DNA of 64,000 bases, taken from the IMG/VR virus record IMGVR_UViG_3300037420_000828, positions 4,400 through 68,399 of that record; one strand, written 5' to 3'. The notes under the pieces are model-generated. The model made no database searches, was not told the origin of the DNA, and worked only from the letters and a program-made list of their open reading frames with translations. Positions 25,977 to 33,882 of the stretch are shown here, piece by piece; within the stretch, counting starts at the first letter, position 1; each line of letters opens with the position of its first letter. Both the position numbers and the translations under genes were made by a program. Source of the stretch: a virus. Its lineage: Duplodnaviria > Caudoviricetes.

Positions 25977-26541
25977 TGGTAATCATCTCCGAGATGAGCT
26001 TGAGCGGGACGGGCTGAAGGCCGTGGGCGTCCAGGCCGACATGGATCTGCCGACCGACCGGCCCGGGGTCGGTGCTGTGGGTGTGGCCGTGGATCAGCCA
26101 CTGCCCCGCGTCCACCGGCCGCCACTCCGGGTACCGCGCGACCTCGGTGTGGTCGGCGGCGAAGGGGAAATGGCTCAGCATCACGCGCTGGCCCGCGATC
26201 TTGATGACCCCGGCCGCCTGGGCGGAGCGGAAGACCCGGAGGTAGTCGGCCTGGGCCTTGTGCGACTCGGAGTGCATCGGATGGCCGGAGTCGTGGTTGC
26301 CGAAGATCAGGTCCTTGATACCGGGCCGAGCGCCGATCCACTCCAGCGCCGAGGCGTGGCAGCGGCCCCGGCCGATGCAGAGGTCGCCCAGCACCTTGAC
26401 GTGATCCTGGGGCTTGATCAGTGCGTCCCACCGGCGCGCGAGTTCGGCGTCGTGGGCGGCGGTGTCGTCGCCGAAGCCCCGCTCCCGGGCCACGAGAGCG
26501 TGGCCCAGGTGCAGGTCGGCGGTGAACCAGATGTTGCTCAT
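25969..26541 (-). CDS. Calcineurin-like metallophosphoesterase
   Basis: ADLHLGH, LGDL, GNHD, SHFP and IHGHTH motifs. Confidence 0.9.
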   Translation of the reverse strand: MSNIWFTADLHLGHALVARERGFGDDTAAHDAELARRWDALIKPQDHVKVLGDLCIGRGRCHASALEWIGARPGIKDLIFGNHDSGHPMHSESHKAQADYLRVFRSAQAAGVIKIAGQRVMLSHFPFAADHTEVARYPEWRPVDAGQWLIHGHTHSTDPGPVGRQIHVGLDAHGLQPVPLKLISEMITNG

Positions 26542-26711
26542 GAGGTGATCCCTCCGATGCCCAGCCACCAGATGGCGGCGGCCAGGAAGATATGCATCCG
26601 CAGCCAGCCCGCCGGGACGACGGCGCGGTGCCGCCCTCCCGGGCTGTGGGCGTGACGCGGAACGGACGCGAGGCGGCGTTCCTGCCAGGCGTACGGGTCA
26701 GTCCTTCCCAT
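26538..26711 (-). CDS. Small membrane-anchored hypothetical protein
   Basis: C-terminal hydrophobic segment; coupled starts and stops. Confidence 0.5.
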   Translation of the reverse strand: MGRTDPYAWQERRLASVPRHAHSPGGRHRAVVPAGWLRMHIFLAAAIWWLGIGGITS

Positions 26712-26973
26712 CCCTGATCCTCTCCAGGAGGGCTTCGAGCGCCGCCTCACGGAGCCGGTCGACCTCGGCCTTGATCTGACGGACGGTGAGGATGCGTGCC
26801 CGGGTGGGCTGCTCGATCAGCCGCGCGTACGCCTCCATCGCCGAGGCGGCCAGCAGCCGGTCTGCCTTGGTGAGGCTGCTCGGGGCATAGCGCAGCCGCC
26901 ACGCGACGTCGTGGGGATCGTCCGGGTTGGGCCAGACGGTGCCGTCCTCCAACCGGAGGGTGAGGGTGCTCAC
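26698..26973 (-). CDS. Hypothetical protein
   Basis: GTGA coupling; RBS GAGG. Confidence 0.6.
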   Translation of the reverse strand: MSTLTLRLEDGTVWPNPDDPHDVAWRLRYAPSSLTKADRLLAASAMEAYARLIEQPTRARILTVRQIKAEVDRLREAALEALLERIRDGKD

Positions 26974-27257
26974 GACGCCTCGCAGTCGCGGACGTGGCGC
27001 ACGAGCGCGAGCGAGGCCGACTCCAGTGCCCGCTCCAGCAGCTGCGGATAGGCCAGCAGCTGATACCAGTGGACCGTGACCGTGTAGCCGTGGACCATGC
27101 CGCAGGAGCAGGACCGGATCTCCAGGACGAACCGGCGCACGTGGCTCAGATCCAGCGTGTGCGCCGGGACCAGCTGCCCATCCTCGTCGGTGTAGCTCGG
27201 CACCTCCAGCGGCGGGTCCTCGAACGGGCCGCATATCTCGATGCGGTCGTCCCTCAC
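26970..27257 (-). CDS. Hypothetical protein
   Basis: GTGA coupling; RBS GGAGG. Confidence 0.6.
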   Translation of the reverse strand: MRDDRIEICGPFEDPPLEVPSYTDEDGQLVPAHTLDLSHVRRFVLEIRSCSCGMVHGYTVTVHWYQLLAYPQLLERALESASLALVRHVRDCEAS

Positions 27258-27601
27258 GACGCCTCCCCCTCCGCCATCCGGGCCTCCAGGTACGCCTTCC
27301 ACGCCGCTGCCACGTCCTGCGGTGGGGTCAGCAGGGAGTAGACGCCCTCGGCCGCAGCGGCGTACCCGGCCGCGAACAGGTCCGCATCGGCCTGGCGTGC
27401 CTCGGTGAGGATGTCGATGACCTGCTCCGGGCTCCACGCGCAGACGAAGATCGACCGGTTGTGCAGCCAGACCGCGCACATGTCGAAGACCTGGGTACCG
27501 CGCCCGGCGATGGTGGAGCGGTAGGGCTGGACGGCGGAGACGGCGTGCGGGTCGACCGCGAAGACTCCGCCGGTGGTGTTGGGCAGCTCGATCAGCTTCA
27601 C
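27254..27601 (-). CDS. Hypothetical protein
   Basis: GTGA coupling; 115 aa. Confidence 0.6.
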   Translation of the reverse strand: MKLIELPNTTGGVFAVDPHAVSAVQPYRSTIAGRGTQVFDMCAVWLHNRSIFVCAWSPEQVIDILTEARQADADLFAAGYAAAAEGVYSLLTPPQDVAAAWKAYLEARMAEGEAS

Positions 27602-27840
27602 TGCGGCACCGCCGAGACGGTCGGGGTACCGGCGGGCACGGGGCCGTACCAGCGCTTGATCGGGCCGTACTTGAGCAGCTTGGCCGTGGGGATAGGTCCC
27701 ATCTCGTAGCCCTCCCAGAGGCCGTCGGCGCGCCGGACGGAGATATCCATGTCGGCGTCGATGACGGGGGTGCCGACCGGCAGCGCGTCCATCTGCTGCG
27801 GGGTCAGTCCCCGCCGGGCACGGTTGACGTTGACGGCCAT
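27598..27840 (-). CDS. Hypothetical protein (LPVGTPVID motif)
   Basis: TGATG coupling; 80 aa. Confidence 0.6.
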   Translation of the reverse strand: MAVNVNRARRGLTPQQMDALPVGTPVIDADMDISVRRADGLWEGYEMGPIPTAKLLKYGPIKRWYGPVPAGTPTVSAVPQ

Positions 27841-28091
27841 CAGCACGCCGCCCCGTAGTAGCAGCCGCCGCCGGTCTTGGCACAGGCCGGGGGCTCGCCG
27901 TCCTCGATCTCCCAGCGGCCGAAGTGGCACGACACCTCCGGCCCGGGGCAATAGGGCTGGACGGGCTCGTGGGACGGGGCTACCTCGTCGGCCGGGACAA
28001 CGGCCAGCTCGCCGTCGTAGCGGACGTGCGAGCACGACAGATTGTGCTGCCCCTCGCGGTGACATTCGCGACACGCGATCACGGTGATCAC
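27840..28091 (-). CDS. Cys-rich hypothetical protein
   Basis: CREC...H..SC and other Cys; RBS GGAG; downstream of promoter 28121-28149. Confidence 0.5.
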   Translation of the reverse strand: MITVIACRECHREGQHNLSCSHVRYDGELAVVPADEVAPSHEPVQPYCPGPEVSCHFGRWEIEDGEPPACAKTGGGCYYGAAC

Positions 28092-28120
28092 TCCCTGGTG
28101 GTTGAAACAGTGATCACTCC

Positions 28121-28149
28121 AGTCTAACACGTTATCCGTGCGTTGTGTC
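28121..28149 (-). promoter_or_regulatory. Promoter with palindromic operator (overlaps the 3' end of the upstream ORF)
   Basis: GACACA-AC-GCACG-GATAA-CGTGT-TAGACT. Confidence 0.6.
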
Positions 28150-28362
28150 GCTTTCGCCACCCCGGGTCTCCCACCGGCGCACCAGCTCGGCCGCGCGCTC
28201 GAAGGCCCGGATCTGGCCGGGACTGAGCGGCGGATCGGGCGTGAGCGTGGACGCGGGCACGGTGGTGAAGCCCGGCGCGAGCACGCCCCCGGCGTCGAAC
28301 GGCGGCTCGACCGTCGGCGGGGTGATGACCCACCGAGCCCAGCTGTCAGGGTCTCCGATCAT
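28132..28362 (-). CDS. Hypothetical protein
   Basis: TGATG coupling; RBS GGAGGAG. Confidence 0.5.
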   Translation of the reverse strand: MIGDPDSWARWVITPPTVEPPFDAGGVLAPGFTTVPASTLTPDPPLSPGQIRAFERAAELVRRWETRGGESDTTHG

Positions 28363-28520
28363 CACCGGCTCCTCCGCTCCGCGCTGGCGTAGCGGCACCG
28401 CACCAGCGGCCCATAGCCGCACTCGTAGTGCGTACAGCGCTCCGGGTAGGGCGGCCAGATCCGATCCGCCAGCCGGGACATCCCGTAGGCGCTCGCCAGC
28501 GCCGCGATCCACTTGCGCAT
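28362..28520 (-). CDS. Small hypothetical protein
   Basis: MRKWIAALASAYG...; fills the gap, coupled at both ends; absent from the ORF track. Confidence 0.5.
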   Translation of the reverse strand: MRKWIAALASAYGMSRLADRIWPPYPERCTHYECGYGPLVRCRYASAERRSR

Positions 28521-28521
28521 C

Positions 28522-29013
28522 TCAGTCTCCGAGGTCGGGGGTGGGCTCCGGCGCAGCGTCCCACTCCGCCCGGGACATGCCGTGATAGGTCTGGCAGTGC
28601 GCCTCGTCGGTGGCCTCGTGCGCGCCGACGGCCCCGCGCGGACGTGCGGCCAGCGCCTCGGCGAAGGTCATGATCGGGTAGCGGCGCACGTTGCCATCGG
28701 CGTCGGTGCTCTCCAGGTATTCGCCGGTGGGCGCGAGCACGCCCGATTGGATCGGCCGCGCCAGCCGATCCGGGCCGACCTCCGCCAGCCCGCACTGGCA
28801 CCGGGTGCCGGGCGCGCCGCTGGCGAAGGCGTGGGACATGGCGGTGGTGGGGGCGGAGCCGTCCGGCCAGGGATAGGACGGGATCTCGACCTCCCGGCAC
28901 TCCAGCTCCTCGCGCAGGCGAGGCGGCACCCCGACGGCGCAGAGCGGGCAGCCCTCCCCCAGGCAGCGCGCCCAGCCGTGGTTGCGGGCCTGGTGGTCTA
29001 CGTTTTCGCTCAT
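28522..29013 (-). CDS. Hypothetical protein with Cys/His clusters
   Basis: RBS AAAGGA; ATGA coupling. Confidence 0.55.
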   Translation of the reverse strand: MSENVDHQARNHGWARCLGEGCPLCAVGVPPRLREELECREVEIPSYPWPDGSAPTTAMSHAFASGAPGTRCQCGLAEVGPDRLARPIQSGVLAPTGEYLESTDADGNVRRYPIMTFAEALAARPRGAVGAHEATDEAHCQTYHGMSRAEWDAAPEPTPDLGD

Positions 29014-29288
29014 CGGGTTCCTTTCGGCAGGGGCAGCGGTGCGCCGGACCCGAGGTCGTCGGCGGCGTAACAGACTCCGAGGTGGCCCCCGAGCAGCACG
29101 CACCACTCCTGGACGAAGCAGGGGTTCGGAGGCAGGGCCAGCGCCCGCACCCGGGCCATGAGTTCGGACCAGGTGGTGGCGTAGCCGTTGCGCTGGTAGT
29201 AGTCCTCGAACAGCGCCACGTCCAGCCCGAGGGCCATCCACACGTCCAGACAGAGCGAGACCTGGACGCCAGCTACGTGTTCGCCCAT
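29010..29288 (-). CDS. Hypothetical protein (C...WC.L..GH.G.C motif)
   Basis: RBS GAAGG; overlaps its neighbours. Confidence 0.55.
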   Translation of the reverse strand: MGEHVAGVQVSLCLDVWMALGLDVALFEDYYQRNGYATTWSELMARVRALALPPNPCFVQEWCVLLGGHLGVCYAADDLGSGAPLPLPKGTR

Positions 29289-29764
29289 CCGTCGTCGCCT
29301 TCCTCCAGCGGCACGTCCATCTGCGGGTGGACCCCGAGCGCGCGCATGTCCTCGTCCACCGTGGTCGTGAACGCCTCCTGGTCCAGGCCCACCCGCACCC
29401 GGGTCGGCGCGAGCACGCCCGGATGGAGCTTGGCCTCGTGGTCGAGCACGCGGAGCAGGGTGCCCGCTGCGTCCTTGTCCCCGGTGGTCATGTTCGGGTA
29501 CACGGCGCGCTTGATGTCGTTGAGGACGGCCTGCTGCCGGGCACGCACGGTGTCGGCGTCGTCGGCCACCAGCTCCCGCAGCCCCGTCATCAGCAGGTGT
29601 TCGGCCATGTCCTCGGTCTCCAGACCGAGCGTGTCGGTGATGGTGCCGAGGGTCGCGCCGAAGTTGCGCAGGCGGATCGCCGCTGCCTTGAGCTCGTTGA
29701 GCTTCATCCGGCCCTCGGGCACGGTGGGGTTGACGTAGACGCCTCGGACCACGATCGCCGCCAT
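29273..29764 (-). CDS. Putative terminase small subunit (HTH plus helical oligomerisation region)
   Basis: AIRLRNFGATLGTITDTLGL HTH; GDKDAA..LLRVLDHEAKL..APTRV resembles actinophage TerS C-termini. Confidence 0.5.
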   Translation of the reverse strand: MAAIVVRGVYVNPTVPEGRMKLNELKAAAIRLRNFGATLGTITDTLGLETEDMAEHLLMTGLRELVADDADTVRARQQAVLNDIKRAVYPNMTTGDKDAAGTLLRVLDHEAKLHPGVLAPTRVRVGLDQEAFTTTVDEDMRALGVHPQMDVPLEEGDDGWANT

Positions 29765-29976
29765 CACCAGCTCCTTCCGCATTCGGGGCAGCAGGGATCG
29801 CCGTCCGCATCGAGCAGGATCGGCTTGCGCTCGTAGCGGGTCGCGGTGCGGTGCCACGTCGCTACGGTGCCCGCCTCGTCGTCCCGGGCCATGTGGTGCC
29901 CGTCGTGACCATAGGGGAGACCACAGATGTCGTCACCCCAGATGTCATCACAGGTGGTCGTGGTGGTTGCTGCCAT
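29764..29976 (-). CDS. Small Cys/His hypothetical protein
   Basis: C...C.L..GHDGHH and CPECG; TGATG coupling. Confidence 0.6.
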   Translation of the reverse strand: MAATTTTTCDDIWGDDICGLPYGHDGHHMARDDEAGTVATWHRTATRYERKPILLDADGDPCCPECGRSW

Positions 29977-30554
29977 CAGGCTGCTCCTCTCGTGCGGTGC
30001 CGCCAGCGGCGTGGTCGGTTGGCCAGGATCACCAGATCCTGCTGACGGATGCGCCTCTCGCTGCGGCCGCCAACGCGCCGGACCGGTACGCCGGAGGCGT
30101 CGATGACGCGCACAGCCTGATCCTGGGACAGACGCAGGACCCGGGCCACCTCCTTCGGCCCGATCCAGATGTTGCCCTCGGGGTCGCGGCGACGAGGCAC
30201 GCGCATCTCTGGAGGGATCTGATGGAAGACGAGCACGTTCCAGGTACCGGCGCGCGGGTCGTGGTCCACGTGGACGCCGAACGCCTGCGCGGGTAGCTCC
30301 TCGCGCAGGATCTTCGCACACCGGTACGCCGCCGCTGGGGAGCCGAGCACCTTGATCAGCTGAGTGTGGCTGTTGGCCATCTCGTCCAACAGCCGAGCGA
30401 AGAAGTGCCCACCGATCCGCTGGTGCGGCATCAGCATCGGCCTCCGCTCCCCGTACGCCAGCCGCCGCAGGAGATCGTCCGGATGGAGGTCCATGGCATA
30501 GGTGGGGCCGGGATACAGGATGCTGTTCCCGGCCGGAAACCGTGTCTTGGACAT
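29976..30554 (-). CDS. Protein with C-terminal HTH (excisionase/MerR-like) domain
   Basis: IGPKEVARVLRLSQDQAVRVI...RRIRQQDL; TACTCT box 6 nt before the ATG (leaderless). Confidence 0.65.
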   Translation of the reverse strand: MSKTRFPAGNSILYPGPTYAMDLHPDDLLRRLAYGERRPMLMPHQRIGGHFFARLLDEMANSHTQLIKVLGSPAAAYRCAKILREELPAQAFGVHVDHDPRAGTWNVLVFHQIPPEMRVPRRRDPEGNIWIGPKEVARVLRLSQDQAVRVIDASGVPVRRVGGRSERRIRQQDLVILANRPRRWRHRTRGAA

Positions 30555-30660
30555 GCCCTCAGAGTAACCCCGCAGACGACAAAGCACGGGTCTCAACTGA
30601 CCCTGGGCCGCAGATGCACTTTGCCGCATGTGTGTCCGGAGTCACGGACTTAGGGCACCC

Positions 30661-31020
30661 TCACCCGTCCATCCGCTGCCGCACGCCGGGGCAATCCCGG
30701 GTCCGCACGTGGCACAGATCCGACCCGTGGACCGGACACTGCGGGCTCCACTCGTGGACCGACCAGTTCTCCTCCCACCGGTCGATCTCGGCCTCGAACT
30801 CCTCGGCCCACGGCTCCACCAGCAGGCACACGCCCACCCCGCCGGAGAACCCGCCGATGACGGTGAGCCCGAATCCGATCGAGAACGTCCCGAAGAACGC
30901 CGTCCACCCGCCGACGGCCAGCGCCGCGAGCCCGGCGATCACGCACCACCACCCCCACAGCCGGGGGCTGGCGCGCAGCCTGCCCTCCCGGCGCAGGCTC
31001 TGCCACAGCCCGTGCATCAC
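30661..31020 (-). CDS. Membrane protein with two TM segments
   Basis: Hydrophobic hairpin, Cys-rich tail. Confidence 0.6.
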   Translation of the reverse strand: MMHGLWQSLRREGRLRASPRLWGWWCVIAGLAALAVGGWTAFFGTFSIGFGLTVIGGFSGGVGVCLLVEPWAEEFEAEIDRWEENWSVHEWSPQCPVHGSDLCHVRTRDCPGVRQRMDG

Positions 31021-31163
31021 TGCACCCGGCCGATATGCAGGGGGAACACTCCGTCGAACGCCCCGGCCATCCGCTCCCGGAACGTCAGGTCCGCCTCCAG
31101 CGGGCTGATGATGTCCTCGTCGTGGCTGATCTCCACGACGTACTGGATAGTCTTCTGAGCCAT
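31017..31163 (-). CDS. Small hypothetical protein
   Basis: MAQKTIQYVVEISHDED...; coupled to the downstream gene. Confidence 0.45.
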   Translation of the reverse strand: MAQKTIQYVVEISHDEDIISPLEADLTFRERMAGAFDGVFPLHIGRVQ

Positions 31164-31301
31164 AGTCCGTGCCTTGTCTCTCGTGGATCGAGGGGTATAT
31201 GGTGAAAGTCGTCGCCGCCCCTTGGGAGCAGCGATCTCGGAACCCCCGGATGACAGAGGTTGGCTGGTACCACCTCCTGGCCGCCCGGGGGTTCCGCTAT
31301 G

Positions 31302-32081
31302 TCAGGGCTTCCAGATACTCCAGCCGGAGTCGTCGGAGTCGTCGCCCTCTTCGAGGTCGTCCTTCGGCTTGTCGAACCGGATCTGCGGCACGCCGGGCGT
31401 GGTGTTCCGCTTGATCAACGTGGCCGCCGCCGGGAACTCCCGCTCCAGCAGGTCGTAGTTGACTGAGGTGCGCAGCCCGTTCTCCCGCAGCACGATCCGC
31501 CCGTCTCCGAGACTCCGGATGACCAGCGGCAGCTCGTTGGCGGTGATGAAGTCGATCAGGGCCTGACGCTCCGCTCCCGCCCGATCCTTCTGGTCGGCGG
31601 CATCGCGGCGCAGCTCCAGCAAGACCCGAGTCTGAAGGCTCACGTCCTCCCAGCTCAGCTCGCCGTAGCGCTCCTGGAGCAGACGTGCCCAGTGATCGGC
31701 ACCGGTGGCCTTCTCCTCGGACCACTCCTTCGCCGCCTTACCACCGAACACCGCCTCCAGCCGGAGCTGATAGGGCTTCTCGGGCTTGGTGACCGTGACC
31801 ACGGCCTGATAGGCGTGCGGATAGACCCGCTTGAGGGTGGCCTTGTCCACGGTCCTGCGGACCGCAGCGCGCGGATAGGTCCGTGTCACCCGGTACGGCT
31901 GGAGCTTGCTGCCCTCCCGGACCATGACCCTCTCGGGGATGACTTCGCGGCTCACGAGGTGGCCGGAAACCTCCTTGGCCTTGCTCTCGATGTAGGCCAC
32001 TCCGCCCTCTCGGCGCGCGATGGCGTGGGCCATCTCCAGGGCCTGGACGGTGACAGGGTCGTTCGGGCGTGTGAATGCCAT
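31302..32081 (-). CDS. Hypothetical protein with internally duplicated domain
   Basis: RBS AGGAG; two related segments (VDKATLKRVYP / VNYDLLEREFP). Confidence 0.75.
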   Translation of the reverse strand: MAFTRPNDPVTVQALEMAHAIARREGGVAYIESKAKEVSGHLVSREVIPERVMVREGSKLQPYRVTRTYPRAAVRRTVDKATLKRVYPHAYQAVVTVTKPEKPYQLRLEAVFGGKAAKEWSEEKATGADHWARLLQERYGELSWEDVSLQTRVLLELRRDAADQKDRAGAERQALIDFITANELPLVIRSLGDGRIVLRENGLRTSVNYDLLEREFPAAATLIKRNTTPGVPQIRFDKPKDDLEEGDDSDDSGWSIWKP

Positions 32082-32579
32082 GTGATTCTCCTGGCTAGGT
32101 TGGCTGGTGACCGAACCATAGCCCACCCCTCCACAGGCCGTCTACCGACTGTGCTCGCCGGGGGTGCCCTCCCGAGTCGTGCCCCCGAACACCCCCGTAA
32201 GGGGGTTCGGGTAGAGGCAGATGCTGCCGAGGAGACCGGTGGCGTCTCTCGCGCACGCCCGCGCGCACGCGCGTGTCAGAGACTGTCTTTGAGACGAAGG
32301 TCTTCGTCAATGACTACGCTTCACCCTCCGGGAAGCGAGCCCGAGGGTGAGCTTAGCCCATAGACAAAAACTTAGGCTAGCCCAAGTTTCGCGGTCAACG
32401 TAATTACATTGACGACGACATATTGCAATACATGCATATGTCGACCGGCCCCGGACACGAGGAAGCCCCCGCCGGGTCTCACCGCACGGGGGCTTCGTCG
32501 TATCGCCTTCACCTGTACCACCAAGGAGGCAGCTCCGATCATATCAGGGCAGGCCGTGACATGCAACGTGACCCGTGCA

Positions 32580-32608
32580 TTTACAAAGCACGGTTCACGT
32601 TATAAGGT
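32580..32608 (+). promoter_or_regulatory. Promoter of the replication operon with degenerate operator
   Basis: TTTACA-AA-GCACG-GTTCA-CGTTA-TAAGGT; a second degenerate site at 32563-32578. Confidence 0.6.
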
Positions 32609-32640
32609 TGACACCGCCACCAACTCACCAAGGAGAGCAA

Positions 32641-32979
32641 GTGAATACCGCTTACGAGCTGCCGACCCCGCAGCGGCCCGGCGTCGTGCGCCGCGCCTAT
32701 CGGCTCTGCCCGCCCTTCGAGAACCACGACGGCGAGCACCGCTACGTCGTGGTCTCCAACAACTTCCGGGAGGTCCTGGCCTTCCCGGGGCGGCTGCGCC
32801 GCAACGTCCTCGGCCGCCCGATCGTGCGCGTGGAGGAATTCCGCGAGCTGTCCTCGCTCTCGGGCACCCACCGCATCCGGGGCCTGCTGACGCAGATGGG
32901 CTATCCGGCCGTGGCCGACCTCACCGGCCGCGTGACCGTCCTCGGACCGAACGACGAAGGACCGGAGGACCGGCTGTGA
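32641..32979 (+). CDS. Hypothetical protein
   Basis: RBS AAGGAG, GTG start. Confidence 0.65.
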   Translation: MNTAYELPTPQRPGVVRRAYRLCPPFENHDGEHRYVVVSNNFREVLAFPGRLRRNVLGRPIVRVEEFRELSSLSGTHRIRGLLTQMGYPAVADLTGRVTVLGPNDEGPEDRL

Positions 32980-33254
32980 ACCCCGAACCCCGCTTCACCG
33001 CGAAGGCCGCGACGAAGATCAACCCGATCACCGCGCGGGAGCTGTCCGGCTCCAACATCGGCCTGGTCATCAGCTTCGACTGGACGCTCCCGACCGGTAA
33101 GACCTCCGCCCGGATCACCGGTGAGCTGCGCCAGATATATCACACGGCGGGGGAAACCGTGCTCCACCTCTGCTCCCACATGATGGATTCGGCCGGGGAG
33201 ATGGACGAATTCGTCCTGCTCGGCACGCTGGAGATCACCCTGGAGGACCTGTGA
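32976..33254 (+). CDS. Hypothetical protein
   Basis: GTGA coupling; RBS GGAGG. Confidence 0.65.
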   Translation: MNPEPRFTAKAATKINPITARELSGSNIGLVISFDWTLPTGKTSARITGELRQIYHTAGETVLHLCSHMMDSAGEMDEFVLLGTLEITLEDL

Positions 33255-33646
33255 CCACGAGCGAAGACCCGATGGTGCTGCACCCGCCGCACTACGGCTC
33301 GGCCCGCTTCGGCGTCGAATGCATCGCCTTCACCCAGCTGATGATGTTCAACCCGGGCAACGCCTTCAAGTACGTCTGGCGCTGCGAGGACAAGAACAAC
33401 TCCGTCCAGGACCTGGAGAAGGCTCGCACCTACTGGGGCTGGGCCTGGGAGAGCGGCGAGGCCATCTGCCCCGTCTACAACCGGCCCAAGCTGGAGCAGC
33501 TGTACTGGCGGCACCTCGCGCCGAAGCTGGAGACGGACTGGATGGCGCGGGTGCTCGGCGACATCATCTTCGAGGAATGGCAGGCCGTGGGCGGCGGCAT
33601 TGACGACCGGCACGAGTTCTTCGTGCTGAACGGAGGACGGCCGTGA
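33251..33646 (+). CDS. DUF3310 family protein (T7 gp1.7-like; possible nucleotide kinase)
   Basis: VLHPPHY...ECI...GNAFKYVWR...K...QDLEKA. Confidence 0.8.
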   Translation: MTTSEDPMVLHPPHYGSARFGVECIAFTQLMMFNPGNAFKYVWRCEDKNNSVQDLEKARTYWGWAWESGEAICPVYNRPKLEQLYWRHLAPKLETDWMARVLGDIIFEEWQAVGGGIDDRHEFFVLNGGRP

Positions 33647-33882
33647 CGCGCACGTGGGTCGGGGCCAAGGACGATCGCTGGATCATGATCTGCGATCAGA
33701 TCGGCTGCGTCACCCGCTCCGAGCCGTTCCCGCCGGGCGTCCAGCCTCCCCTGGAGATCTTCGCCGAGCGGGGCTGGTTCATCGCCCGCAAGTTCGGCGA
33801 CGTCTGCCCGGCGTGCCTGGCTGCGGGCGTGGTGCCGACGGTGGAGCGCTGGACTCCCCGCGCCGAGAGGGAGGGACTGTGA
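33643..33882 (+). CDS. Small zinc-finger-like hypothetical protein
   Basis: ICDQIGC...GW...DVCPAC. Confidence 0.65.
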   Translation: MTRTWVGAKDDRWIMICDQIGCVTRSEPFPPGVQPPLEIFAERGWFIARKFGDVCPACLAAGVVPTVERWTPRAEREGL

